Source: Acidimicrobiia bacterium (GTDB lineage Bacteria > Actinomycetota > Acidimicrobiia > IMCC26256 > JAENVU01). From it: 64,000 bases of DNA. Under the pieces are notes generated by a model. The model was not told where the DNA came from, did no database searches, and saw nothing but the letters and a program-made list of their open reading frames with translations. Position 1 is the first letter of the stretch. Every line of letters starts with the position of its first letter. Positions 8,130 to 18,129 of this stretch are shown here, piece by piece. Location of the stretch: the NCBI GenBank assembly GCA_025361725.1, contig JANYJV010000081.1:5963-69962 (forward strand). Reading direction: 5' to 3'. A program made the translations under genes and the position numbers.

Positions 8130-9047
8130 TCAGGTCTCGCGGTGACGGGGGACGGAGTGGTCCCAGTCGGCAAGCAGGGTGCGAATCGCGGTGAGGAGGA
8201 GCAGCGGCTCGTCGAGCATGGCGTGGTGGCCGGCTTCAGGAATCTCGATGATCGGGGTCACGCGACCGAGCCGTTCGTACATCGAGGCGCCGATGTCATC
8301 AGTCACCAGTCCGTACTCGGACTTGAGTAGTGCCAACCGACACGTGACGTCGTCGAGGTAGGGAAGTGCGATCGCCCGCATCCCCACACCGAACTGTTCG
8401 AAGATGCGCCGGTCGAACTTCCATTGGAAGCCACCGTCGGCCGGGCGGAGCGAATGCCGGCCGACGTGATCCATCACGTAGTCGAGGTAGTGGTCTTGCG
8501 CGGGAACGGTTCGGAAGCGGGCGACGGCTTCGTCGATGCTCGTGTAGGTACGGGGACGACCGAACGCTTCGCGCAGGTGGTACGCGCCGATCTCGGGATC
8601 GGGTTCGGTGACCGGTGAGTCGCACACGATGACGCCGGAGATGGCGTCGGCGTGACGCGCCGCGGTGGCGATGGTGACGAAGCCGCCCATGCTGTGACCG
8701 ACGATGACGGGTGGTCCGCTGATCCCGCCCGCGTGGGCGGCGGCGATGACCTCGTCGGTCCACTGTTCGAGGGAGTACTCGTCCCGGTGGGTGCTGTCGC
8801 CGTGACCGGAAAGGTCCACCGCAACCACTCGGAACTCTTCGGCGAACGTCGCAGCCACGTGCGTCCACCAGTGCGCATGCGCGCCACCGCCGTGGACGAA
8901 CACCAGGCCCCGACGGTCCGGCTCACCCCAGGCGAGTGCATGAATCGGTCCGTCGACGTCGACGATGACATCCTCGGACGGGACGGTCAGTGCTCGACGG
9001 AACCAGTCCGGCGCGTTCGGCAGGGGCAGGTATTTGGTGTCGGTCAC
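8130..9047 (-). CDS. Alpha/beta hydrolase
   Basis: Contains an HGGG-like oxyanion segment (LVFVHGGGAHAHWW) and the nucleophile elbow VGHSMGG. It starts at GTG. Confidence 0.8.
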   Translation of the reverse strand: MTDTKYLPLPNAPDWFRRALTVPSEDVIVDVDGPIHALAWGEPDRRGLVFVHGGGAHAHWWTHVAATFAEEFRVVAVDLSGHGDSTHRDEYSLEQWTDEVIAAAHAGGISGPPVIVGHSMGGFVTIATAARHADAISGVIVCDSPVTEPDPEIGAYHLREAFGRPRTYTSIDEAVARFRTVPAQDHYLDYVMDHVGRHSLRPADGGFQWKFDRRIFEQFGVGMRAIALPYLDDVTCRLALLKSEYGLVTDDIGASMYERLGRVTPIIEIPEAGHHAMLDEPLLLLTAIRTLLADWDHSVPRHRET

Positions 9048-9220
9048 GGTGTTCGGCTCCGGTTGGGACGAAGCATCGATCGTAGGACCCGACCTGTCAC
9101 TCGCCTCGGGTCAGCGGTGAGCGTCAAATCTCGACGCAGGATGCACCGTCCGGGAGTCGTCCCGGTCACGCCGCCCATGAAGATCGGCGCGGAACAGTCG
9201 CTCGAGCCGGACGGCCAGAA

Positions 9221-12200
9221 ATGATGGTCGCACACTGCGGGTACGGTGCCGCGGTGATCGAATCGGTGCGGGGAGTGCAATACGGACGGCCGGCCACCGA
9301 CGCGCTCGCAACCGCGATCGCAGTGGCGCAGGACGGCGATCCGCTGGCTCCGGTGACGGTCATCGTCCCGTCGAACGGAGCCGGATTGGCCGCTCGACGG
9401 GTTCTGAGTACCACCCGTGGACTGGCGAACGTCGGATTCCTTACCGCCTACGCGCTGGCCGAAAAACTCGGTGGACCCCGGGCCGCGGCTGCGGGAGGAG
9501 CACGCCTCACCCAGCCGATGTTGGTGGCGGCGATTCGTCAAGAGTTGCGGTCTGACGCCGGGCCGTTTGCCTCGGTGGCAACCCACGTGGGCACCGAGCG
9601 GGCTCTTGCGCGCCGGTACGGCGAACTGTCTCGAGCGCGTCCGGAGACGCTCGAACGATTGCGACGGGCGGGTTCACCGCGGGCGCGTGCGCTCGTCGAA
9701 GTCGTCGATCGGGTGCGCATCAGGCTGGAGCCCTTCCCGGACGAAGGTGCTCTGGCACGTGAGGCGGTCGCGGCGGTCGCGGCCGGCGACCCCCCGATTG
9801 CCGCGCTCGGCACGGTGATCGTGCACCTCGTCCAGCCGCTGGTTCCGTCGCTCCGCGATCTGATCGGCGCAGTGACGCAGTCACGACCGACGGTGGTGAT
9901 TGCCGGCCTCACTGGCGATGACGCCGCCGACGCGGATGTGCGCGGAGAATGTGAACGACTCGGCATCGATCTCATGCAGGTGTTCGATCACCGCGCCGAC
10001 CGAAGACGCGTCCCACCGACGGGCACCGAGATCATCACCGCCTCAGATGTCGACGAAGAGGTTCGCGCCGTTCTTCGTCGTCTCCTGCAAGTCGCCGAGT
10101 CCGGGGTGCGGTTCGATCGGATGGCCATCCTGTCGCCGGCGGTCGAGCCGTTCGGGCGCATCGTCGATGCACAACTGAGCGCCGCCGGCATCGCCCACAA
10201 CGGTCCGGCCGTCCGGCTGCTTGCCGACACCATGGCCGGACGAATGCTCGATCGCGTGCTCCGACTCGTCGGCGCGGACTTCGCTCGCCACGAGGTGGTG
10301 GCGTTGTTTGCGAGCACTCCGATACGGACCCCGGACGGTGCGGCGATCCCCATTGATCGATGGGACCTGATCTCTCGTCGCGCCGGAGTGGTCGATGGTG
10401 ATGGGTGGGCTGAGCGGCTCGAGATCTACGCGTCGGATCTCATGGTGCGAGCTGACGATCGCGCCGAGGCCGGGATCGGCGGAGACGAGCAACTGCGAAG
10501 CAACGCACGCGCCGCGCGTTCGCTCGCTGCATTCGTCGCCGATCTGCGCACGCGGCTGGCGCGCCTCGAACATGCCACCGGTTGGTCCGGCCGCGCCGTC
10601 GAGGCCCGCTCGGTGATCGCCGAGTTACTCGACGTCTCCACCGGGTCCCAGGGCTGGCCTGACGCCGAACGCGATGCCCTCGACGCCGTGGATCATCTGC
10701 TCGAGCGGTGCCGCCGCCTGGACGTGCTCGAGCCGGAGCCGAGCTTCGCGACGTTCGCGAACACGGTGACGAACGAGTTGCGGTCCCCGGTCGGCCGCAT
10801 CGGGCGCTACGGCGAGGGGGTGTTCTGCGGCTCGATCGGGACGGGCACCGGCCTCGACCTCGACGCCGTCTTCGTCATCGGGTTGGCCGAAGGACTCATG
10901 CCGAGTGCGCGTCGTGAAGATGCGTTGCTCGCTGAGGCGGACCGGGCACTCGCAGTCGAAGGGGAGCTGGCAACTCGAGATCGAAGCCGATCTGAGCAGC
11001 GGCGCAGCTACCTCGCCGCGCTCGCCGCGGGTGCCGATCATCGGGTGCTGAGTTTCGCTCGTGGCGATCTGCGGTCCGCGCGCGAACGGCTCGCCTCCCG
11101 CTATCTCCTCGAAACCGCGTCCGCACTCACGGGGGCGCGCGTCTACGCGAGTGCGTTCGACGACCTCGGTTCGGCCGCGGGCGTGGATGCGGTGCCGTCC
11201 TTCGCCGCCGCGATGACGAGGGTGGACGAGGCGGCGACAGTGGTGGAGCGAGACGTGGGCGCGGTGTCGGCCTACGTAGACGCCGGTGGTGACGTTGCGG
11301 CGCATCCCCTCGTGGCGGGCAGTGTGGTCGCAGCGGGCATCGATGCCGTCCGCGGCCGGGCGTCCTCGGCGCTCACTCGGTGGGATGGCAACGTCGGCGC
11401 GGTCACCGCTCAGGTGCGCTCGCCGGCGACGGGCGAGGTGGTGTCGGCCACGCGGCTCGAAGCCTGGAGTACGTGTCCGTTCCGCTACTTCCTCACCCAT
11501 GTGCTGTCCGTGCCGGTCGAGGAGGACCCTGAGCGGTTGCTCGAACTCTCGCCCCGAGAACGCGGAACGCTCGTTCACGCGGTGCTCGAACGCTTTCTGG
11601 AAGAAGAACTCGCGCGGCCGGAAGTGGAGCGGGTCCCGGCGGGGGAGAGCTGGCCGCGCTCGGCCGTGCGTCGGATGCGTGAGATCGTCACCGAGCTGAT
11701 GGCCGAGACGGAGGCGAAGGGTCTCACGGGCAAAGCCGTGTTGTGGGCGCTGCACCGCGAGGAAATCGAATCGGACGTCGTGCAGTTCCTGTTGGTGGAC
11801 AGCATCTACCGCGAGCGTCAAGGCGTGGTGCCGGAGTCGGTGGAGTTCCCGTTCGGCTTCGACGATGCACCGCCCGTCGAGATCACCGTTCCGAGCGGCG
11901 CGATCGTGAAGTTCCGCGGCCGCGCCGATCGCATCGACCGTCGTCCGGACGGCACCCGAGTGGTCCTCGACTACAAAACCGGCAAGCAACCGAAGCCGCC
12001 CGACGGCTGTGGCGACGACCCGGTGTGGGGTGGCGCCCGCCTGCAGCTTCCCCTGTATGCCGAAGCGGCCCGTCAGCGCCTCGGTGTCGACTCCGTGGAG
12101 TCCGCGTACTGGTACATCTCGGAGCGCGGCGGATTCAAACGCGATGAAGTGCTGCTCGACGAGATCACGGCGGATCGGTTCCGCGCGGTGGTCGGACAGA

Positions 12201-12397
12201 TCGTCGACGGCATCGACCACGGCATCTTCCCAGCCGTTCCGGGCGAACCCGATTGGTTCAGCGGTACCGATGCCAACTGTGCGTTTTGTGATTTCGACGA
12301 CCTGTGCCCGGCGCAGCGCGCCGCGCAATCGGCGGCGAAGGAATCGGCACCGGAGCTCGAGTTCTTGCGGGTCTTGCAACCGGAGGTCGAAGCATGA
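9221..12397 (+). CDS. AddB/AdnA-like helicase-nuclease subunit (PD-(D/E)XK nuclease, 4-Cys cluster)
   Basis: The C-terminal RecB-type nuclease has RADRIDRRPDGTRVVLDYKTGK. Cys ligands are CPFRYF plus CAFCDFDDLC (C...CxxCx5C, AddB-type Fe-S pattern). The N-terminal UvrD-like domain has no clear GxGKT Walker A. Confidence 0.75.
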   Translation: MMVAHCGYGAAVIESVRGVQYGRPATDALATAIAVAQDGDPLAPVTVIVPSNGAGLAARRVLSTTRGLANVGFLTAYALAEKLGGPRAAAAGGARLTQPMLVAAIRQELRSDAGPFASVATHVGTERALARRYGELSRARPETLERLRRAGSPRARALVEVVDRVRIRLEPFPDEGALAREAVAAVAAGDPPIAALGTVIVHLVQPLVPSLRDLIGAVTQSRPTVVIAGLTGDDAADADVRGECERLGIDLMQVFDHRADRRRVPPTGTEIITASDVDEEVRAVLRRLLQVAESGVRFDRMAILSPAVEPFGRIVDAQLSAAGIAHNGPAVRLLADTMAGRMLDRVLRLVGADFARHEVVALFASTPIRTPDGAAIPIDRWDLISRRAGVVDGDGWAERLEIYASDLMVRADDRAEAGIGGDEQLRSNARAARSLAAFVADLRTRLARLEHATGWSGRAVEARSVIAELLDVSTGSQGWPDAERDALDAVDHLLERCRRLDVLEPEPSFATFANTVTNELRSPVGRIGRYGEGVFCGSIGTGTGLDLDAVFVIGLAEGLMPSARREDALLAEADRALAVEGELATRDRSRSEQRRSYLAALAAGADHRVLSFARGDLRSARERLASRYLLETASALTGARVYASAFDDLGSAAGVDAVPSFAAAMTRVDEAATVVERDVGAVSAYVDAGGDVAAHPLVAGSVVAAGIDAVRGRASSALTRWDGNVGAVTAQVRSPATGEVVSATRLEAWSTCPFRYFLTHVLSVPVEEDPERLLELSPRERGTLVHAVLERFLEEELARPEVERVPAGESWPRSAVRRMREIVTELMAETEAKGLTGKAVLWALHREEIESDVVQFLLVDSIYRERQGVVPESVEFPFGFDDAPPVEITVPSGAIVKFRGRADRIDRRPDGTRVVLDYKTGKQPKPPDGCGDDPVWGGARLQLPLYAEAARQRLGVDSVESAYWYISERGGFKRDEVLLDEITADRFRAVVGQIVDGIDHGIFPAVPGEPDWFSGTDANCAFCDFDDLCPAQRAAQSAAKESAPELEFLRVLQPEVEA

Positions 12398-15300
12398 CCG
12401 ATGCGATGGCAGCATCGAACGCCGACGCCGCCGCAGTGACGCTCGTGGATGAAGACGTCCGTCGACTCATCACGGCCGACGGTCTGGACGCGCTCCTGTT
12501 CGTCGAGGCGGGAGCGGGGACCGGCAAGACCAAACAGCTCGTCGATCGGGTGGTGTCCTTGGTCCTGGCGCGTGATGTGCCGATGCGCGAGATCGCCGCC
12601 ATCACCTTCACCGAGGCGGCGGCGAGCGAACTGCGGTCGCGAGTGCGAGAGGCATTGGAGCGCGTGGTGCACTCGACGGACGCGTCCGCGGACGCGTCTA
12701 CCGGCGCCAACGCGGCGACCGATGCCGATCGGGCGCGTGCCGACGCCGCGCTCGCCGATCTCGACTCGGCCGCGATCGGAACCGTGCATGCGTTTGCTCA
12801 ACGCATCCTCTCGGAACACCCCGTCGAGGCCGGCCTCCCGCCGAGTGTGGAAGTCCTCGACGAGGTCGAGAGCTTGCTCGAGTTCGGCCGCCGGTGGCAG
12901 GAGGAGGTGGATCGCATGTTCGCGACGCCCGACCTCGCCCCGGTGATCACCATCGCGCGATTGCTCGACGTGCGCGTGGACCACCCGAAGCTGGTCTCGT
13001 TGCGAGACATCGCGTCGGTCTTCGCCGACAACTGGGATCGGCTGGACTCGCTCGTCGATCTCCCGGTTCTCATCCCGAAGCTTGATCGGCTCGACGCCAT
13101 CGAGCAGGTGCGCGGTCTCGAGTCGGTCTTGGCCCGATGTGGCGAGATCCCCGAGGACAAGTTGGCGCAGCGGTTGCTCGCGGGCGGACCGGAGATGGGT
13201 TCGGTCTTGGACGTCCTTGAACAGGGCGACGACCGTGCGGTGGTACGCCGGCTGGTGTCCAAGCGCAAGGGCAAGAAGTGGGGCCACGGGAACGCCGGGA
13301 CCGCCGCGAACTGGGGTGGCAAAGACGAGAAGGCGGCGGTTGGCGCAACGGTCGCCGCCGCGGAGACCGCCCTCGAGAACATCCTCGAGCAGGCCGCGGA
13401 CGATGTGCTGCGGGTGTTGGCTGCTGAGGTCGCGCGGTTCACGGTGCGCGCGGCACAGGACCGGCTCGGCGACGGACGGCTCGAGTTCCACGATCTCCTG
13501 GTGTTCGCTCGGCGTCTGCTGCGTGAGAGTCCAGACGCGCGCGCCGCGCTGCACGCGCGCTACACCCGGCTGTTGATCGACGAGTTCCAGGACACCGATC
13601 CGATCCAGGTGGAGCTGGCGACGCTGATCGCTGCGTCCGTGGGTGAGCACGACCCGAAGGCCAGATGGCAGGACGTGGTGGTGGACGACGAGCGGTTGTT
13701 CTTCGTCGGCGACCCGAAGCAGTCGATCTACCGTTTCCGTCGGGCCGACATTTCCCTGTTCCTCGCGGCTCGTGACCGCTTCGCCGGCGAGTCCGTGCGC
13801 CTCACTACGAACTTCCGCACCGTGCCCCCCGTACTGGACTGGGTGAACCACGTCTTCGGTGCACTGATGGCGGAGGAGATTCCGGGCCGGCGTCCGCAGT
13901 ACGAACCGTTGCACTCCCACCGTCATGCGAGTTCGCACGACCATCGCGTGGTGTTGCTCGGCGGACCGCATCCGAAGGCAGAGAAGTTGCGCGCCGGTCC
14001 GCTGCGCGAACTCGAGGCCGCCACGGTCGCCGCGGCCGTGGCCGAGATCCTCGCTCATCCCGAGGAGTGGCCCGTCGATGCCGACGGCGAATGGCGAGCG
14101 GCGCGGCCCGAAGACATCGCGATCCTTGTGCCGACGCGTACTTCGCTCGGGGTGTTGATGGACGCGCTACGCGACCGAGACGTGGACGTGCGCGCGGAGA
14201 CCGGAACGCTGGTCTATGAAACGCAGGAGATTCGGGATCTGCTCTCGGTGCTGCGAGCCGTGGCGTACGGGACCGATGCGGTGGCGCTGGTGGCTGCGCT
14301 GCGGTCGCCGATCCTGGCGTGCGGCGACGATGACCTCGTGACCTACGCGCACGCCGGTGGTAAGTGGAGCGTGACCGCGCCTCGGCCGGACCTGCCCGAG
14401 GACCAGCCGGTCATGGCGGCACTCGCCTTCATGGCGCGATTGCACGAAGCCCGCTGGTGGACCCCGCCGAGTGAGCTGATCGATTGGATCATCAGGGAAC
14501 GGCGGCTCCTGACCATCGGACTGGCGCAGCGCCGGGCCCGGGACACGTGGCGGCGGATCCGGTTCCTCTCCGACCAGGCGCGGGTGTTCGAAGCGTCTCA
14601 GTCCGGCGACTTGGTGGCGTTCGTGGACTGGGCTGACCTCCAACGCTCCGAAATGGCTCGGGTGCACGAACCGATCCTCCCCGAAGCCGACGATCACGCG
14701 GTTCGGATCATGACGATTCACGGCGCCAAAGGATTGGAGTTCCCGATCACGGTGGTCTCGGGTCTGACGACGCGCTTGCTGGCCCGGCGCGGTCGTGTGG
14801 CCGTCCGTTGGGACGGCGATGAGATCGGGGTCTCAACGCGCAAAGACATTGCCACCGCCGGGTTCGATCGCCTCGCGGATCTCGAGGATGAGATGGACAG
14901 CGAAGAGAAGCTGCGGCTGTTGTACGTCGCTTGTACCCGAGCTCGGGACCACCTCCTGGTTGCGACCCATCACGTTGAGGACGTGCCGTCGTTCGCCCAG
15001 GTCGCGTGGGCTCATTCCCATGACGCACCTGCGGAGTGCTGGCGGGAGTCCGAGATCGATGCGCCGATTGCCGCGCCGGTGACGTCGCCGGCGACCGAGC
15101 CGATGGCCCCGACGTCCGTCCCGAGTGCGGCGGTGCTCGCCGCGGAGATGGAGGAACGCGCCGAGTGGCTCGCGCTCCGGTCGAGCCTGGTTGAATCGAG
15201 TCGAGCGACGCGGACCGTCTCTGCCACGGAAGTCCGTCGCTCCGGAACCGCGGGTGCCCGCGGTTCCCGCCGCCGCTGGCTCGGCCCGTCCATCGACACG

Positions 15301-15885
15301 GAGTCCACGGAAATCCCCGACCCGGCGACCGCGTGGCGCCAGGGGAGTTCGGCAACGGCCTTCGGACGGGCCGTGCACGCCGTGCTCCAGGACGCGGATC
15401 TGACGACCGGCGGAAACATCGCCAGTCTTGCAGCCACGATCGCCGATGCCGAGGGGATCGGAGACCACGTGGACGACGTCGCGGCCGCCGCCCGCTCGGT
15501 GCTCGCTGCCGAGATGGTCCGCGAGGCGGCCGTCGGGATCGAGCGCGGTGACGCGTTCCGAGAGATGTACGTGGCGGCGCCAGTGGGGGAGCGAGTCATC
15601 GAGGGCTACATCGACCTGCTCGTGCGTACTCCCGACGGTCTGGTCGTGGTCGACTACAAGACGGATCCCGTCACGAGCGCCGAGGAGATCCACCAGCGAG
15701 TCGAGGAGTACCGGCTCCAGCTGGCGGCGTACGCGCTGGCGGTTGAGGTCGTCACCGGAACTCCGGTCACGGCAGGCGTCCTGGTGTTCGCGCGGTCCGA
15801 AGGGATGGTGGAACGGCGTATCGAGGCCCAGGACCTGGGCCTTGCCGAGGTGCGTGCCATCCTGGGCGGTCAACCAGCAGGCTGA
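12394..15885 (+). CDS. AddA/AdnB-like UvrD-family helicase with C-terminal RecB-type nuclease
   Basis: ATG 12394 overlaps the previous stop (ATGA). Helicase motifs are AGAGTGKT, LIDEFQDTDP, VGDPKQSIYRFRRAD, TNFRT, TIHGAKGLEF and YVACTRAR. The nuclease motif is IDLLVRTPDGLVVVDYKTD. Confidence 0.85.
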   Translation: MTDAMAASNADAAAVTLVDEDVRRLITADGLDALLFVEAGAGTGKTKQLVDRVVSLVLARDVPMREIAAITFTEAAASELRSRVREALERVVHSTDASADASTGANAATDADRARADAALADLDSAAIGTVHAFAQRILSEHPVEAGLPPSVEVLDEVESLLEFGRRWQEEVDRMFATPDLAPVITIARLLDVRVDHPKLVSLRDIASVFADNWDRLDSLVDLPVLIPKLDRLDAIEQVRGLESVLARCGEIPEDKLAQRLLAGGPEMGSVLDVLEQGDDRAVVRRLVSKRKGKKWGHGNAGTAANWGGKDEKAAVGATVAAAETALENILEQAADDVLRVLAAEVARFTVRAAQDRLGDGRLEFHDLLVFARRLLRESPDARAALHARYTRLLIDEFQDTDPIQVELATLIAASVGEHDPKARWQDVVVDDERLFFVGDPKQSIYRFRRADISLFLAARDRFAGESVRLTTNFRTVPPVLDWVNHVFGALMAEEIPGRRPQYEPLHSHRHASSHDHRVVLLGGPHPKAEKLRAGPLRELEAATVAAAVAEILAHPEEWPVDADGEWRAARPEDIAILVPTRTSLGVLMDALRDRDVDVRAETGTLVYETQEIRDLLSVLRAVAYGTDAVALVAALRSPILACGDDDLVTYAHAGGKWSVTAPRPDLPEDQPVMAALAFMARLHEARWWTPPSELIDWIIRERRLLTIGLAQRRARDTWRRIRFLSDQARVFEASQSGDLVAFVDWADLQRSEMARVHEPILPEADDHAVRIMTIHGAKGLEFPITVVSGLTTRLLARRGRVAVRWDGDEIGVSTRKDIATAGFDRLADLEDEMDSEEKLRLLYVACTRARDHLLVATHHVEDVPSFAQVAWAHSHDAPAECWRESEIDAPIAAPVTSPATEPMAPTSVPSAAVLAAEMEERAEWLALRSSLVESSRATRTVSATEVRRSGTAGARGSRRRWLGPSIDTESTEIPDPATAWRQGSSATAFGRAVHAVLQDADLTTGGNIASLAATIADAEGIGDHVDDVAAAARSVLAAEMVREAAVGIERGDAFREMYVAAPVGERVIEGYIDLLVRTPDGLVVVDYKTDPVTSAEEIHQRVEEYRLQLAAYALAVEVVTGTPVTAGVLVFARSEGMVERRIEAQDLGLAEVRAILGGQPAG

Positions 15886-15890
15886 CGTGC

Positions 15891-15908
15891 CGCCGGCCGA
15901 GGCCGGCG
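15891..15908 (+). terminator. GC palindrome CGCCGGCC-GA-GGCCGGCG after the helicase gene
   Basis: The arms are 8 nt and it lies 6 nt after the stop. There is no U-tract. Confidence 0.3.
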
Positions 15909-15931
15909 ATGTGCGATCCTGGTAGCCCTTC

Positions 15932-18070
15932 ATGCGCCCTTCAAACCGACTGTTCCGTCTCGTCACGATTCTCGTTCTCGGGGGCCTCGCCGTCGGCGTG
16001 TGCATGGTCGCGCTCACCCCCGGTTTCGAGAAGATCGCCGGGAGCGCGCAGTACAGCGGGAAGGTCGGGCCGCACCTGCGCGCACTCGAAGATCCCACGA
16101 CGTTCTACGACGCGAACGGCGCCGTCTACGAACGCGTCGGGCAGCTGGACCGCCAGCCCGTCTCGCTCGCCGCGGTGCCGAAGGTCATGCGCCAAGCCGT
16201 GATCTCCACGGAGGACCGCACCTTCTATACGAACGACGGCATCGACGTGCGGTCCGCGGTCCGTGCGCTTGTCTCCGACGTCGGTGCCGGGGGAATCGAC
16301 CAAGGCGGCTCGACGATCACGCAGCAGCTGATCAAGAACCGATTCTTCAAAAACCCGAAGCGGAACATCGACCGCAAGGTGCGCGAGGCGGTCCTGGCTC
16401 ATCGGCTGACGAGTGAGTGGTCCAAGAACCGCATCCTCGAGGAGTACCTCAACACCGTGTACTTCGGTGAAAACTCCTACGGCATCCAGGCGGCCGCCAC
16501 TCGGATCATCGGGAAGCCGGACCTGGCCCAGATCACGTTGCCGGAGGCCGCGCTGCTCGCCGGGTTGATCAAGAATCCTTCCGCCTACGACATCTTCGAT
16601 CCGGCGAAGCAGAAGGTCGCGCTCGAACGCAGGAACGACGTGATTCGTCGGATGCTGGTGCAACACGTGATCACCAAGGCCGAGGCCGCGGCGGCACGTA
16701 CGAGCCCCCTGCCGGCTCCACCACGCCCGGACAACGAACTGCGAGCCCGCACGCCGTACGGGGAAGAGGTGTTGAGCCAGTTGAAGACGCTTGACGCCCT
16801 CGGGAAAGACCGACTCCAGCGGGAGCAGACCATCTTCTCGGGTGGGCTGCGGGTGTACACCGAGTACGACCCTCGCCTCACCGAGATGGCAGCCGGCGCG
16901 ATCGCGTCGACGATCAAGCCGTCGTTCGCACCCTTCACGGCAGCGATGGCGGTGATGGATCCGAAGACCGGGTCGGTGCGCGCGGTCGTCGGCGGCGGCG
17001 GCCAAGCGCAGGGATTCAATCTCGCGACCGATGGCGGCGGCTTCAAGGTGGGATCCACGTTCAAGCCGATCACCTTGGCGACCGCGATCGAAAACGGGTA
17101 TTCGCCCCACGACACGGTCGACGGCAGCGACAGCACCGACTCGTTCGACGGGAAGTCGGGATGCAAGATCGTCTACGACCCGTGGGGCAAGGACACCTAT
17201 ATCGGTCACAACGCCGGAGACGGAGCCAGTGGCGGAGTGAACGACCTCTACTACCAAACGCGGAACTCGGTGAACTGTGCGTACCTCCGACTCCTGACCA
17301 GCGTCGGCCCCCCAAAGGTCCAGGCCATGGCCAAGACGCTCGGGTATACGCACCCGGTGAACAACAACCGGGTCATCGGGATCGGCGAGACCGAACACAC
17401 GCCGCTCGAGGTCGCCACGGTGTTCAGCACCCTCGCCGCCGACGGGGTGAAACACGCGCCGGTCTTCGTGCGCCGGATCGAGGACGGAAACGGGCGGGTG
17501 GTGTACCGGGCTCCCGGCGGAGTGCGGGTGTTGTCCACGCAGACCGCGCGCACAGTGACCGATGTGCTGAGTCACGTCACCGAAGGCACCGCGCCGCGTG
17601 CGAAGTTGTCGGACCGGCCGCTGGCCGGCAAGACCGGCACGGTGGACCGTCAGGTGGACGCCTGGTTCGCCGGCTACACGCCCCAGCTCGCCGCCGCGGT
17701 GTGGATGGGAAATCCTCAGGTCCAGGCCTTCAACAATCCGGCGGCGTGGATGAGCAACGTCGGCGAGTTCAGCCCGGTGTACGGCGGGACCTATCCGGCG
17801 ATCATCTGGCAGAAGTTCATGACCGCGGCGCTCAAAGGGCAACCGGTCATCCCGTTCACCGCGCCGGACGAGAGCCTGTGGCCGAAGCCGGCAAGTGTGC
17901 TCCCGAAGGGCGGCCGAGGCGAGCCCATCTCCGATCTCCCACCGGTTACCGAGGCGCCCACTTCGAGCACCCTCCCGACGAACACCACGTTGCCTCCGAC
18001 GTCTGTCCCGTCGACCACCCCACCAACGTCCGGGCCTCCGCCGACCACGCCGAAACCGACGGTTCCCTGA
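15932..18070 (+). CDS. Class A penicillin-binding protein (GT51 transglycosylase + transpeptidase)
   Basis: It has an N-terminal TM anchor. GT51 motifs are EDRTFYTNDGID and GGSTITQQLIKN. The transpeptidase has a GSTFKP (SxxK) motif. A Pro/Thr-rich tail follows. Confidence 0.9.
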   Translation: MRPSNRLFRLVTILVLGGLAVGVCMVALTPGFEKIAGSAQYSGKVGPHLRALEDPTTFYDANGAVYERVGQLDRQPVSLAAVPKVMRQAVISTEDRTFYTNDGIDVRSAVRALVSDVGAGGIDQGGSTITQQLIKNRFFKNPKRNIDRKVREAVLAHRLTSEWSKNRILEEYLNTVYFGENSYGIQAAATRIIGKPDLAQITLPEAALLAGLIKNPSAYDIFDPAKQKVALERRNDVIRRMLVQHVITKAEAAAARTSPLPAPPRPDNELRARTPYGEEVLSQLKTLDALGKDRLQREQTIFSGGLRVYTEYDPRLTEMAAGAIASTIKPSFAPFTAAMAVMDPKTGSVRAVVGGGGQAQGFNLATDGGGFKVGSTFKPITLATAIENGYSPHDTVDGSDSTDSFDGKSGCKIVYDPWGKDTYIGHNAGDGASGGVNDLYYQTRNSVNCAYLRLLTSVGPPKVQAMAKTLGYTHPVNNNRVIGIGETEHTPLEVATVFSTLAADGVKHAPVFVRRIEDGNGRVVYRAPGGVRVLSTQTARTVTDVLSHVTEGTAPRAKLSDRPLAGKTGTVDRQVDAWFAGYTPQLAAAVWMGNPQVQAFNNPAAWMSNVGEFSPVYGGTYPAIIWQKFMTAALKGQPVIPFTAPDESLWPKPASVLPKGGRGEPISDLPPVTEAPTSSTLPTNTTLPPTSVPSTTPPTSGPPPTTPKPTVP

Positions 18071-18110
18071 CCGGTCCCCGATCGGAGTGAGATCGAGCTT
18101 CGGGGACCGG
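18071..18110 (+). terminator. Hairpin with 11-bp stem (CCGGTCCCCGA / TCGGGGACCGG), 18-nt loop
   Basis: It begins immediately after the PBP stop codon. The stem complementarity is perfect. Confidence 0.5.
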
Positions 18111-18129
18111 CCCGATAGATTCGACGGCG

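Noticed and set aside
10625-17842. Very long antisense ORFs (10625..12415, 12073..14058, 14833..16098, 15941..17842), and similar ones at 39443..41512, 51027..52628, 52646..54061 and 56656..58533.
   Set aside because: All are opposite strongly motif-supported genes (helicase-nuclease, PBP, carboxyltransferase, DMT transporter, MFS). All translate to Arg/Gly/Pro/His-rich sequence without motifs. They are GC-driven open frames, not genes.
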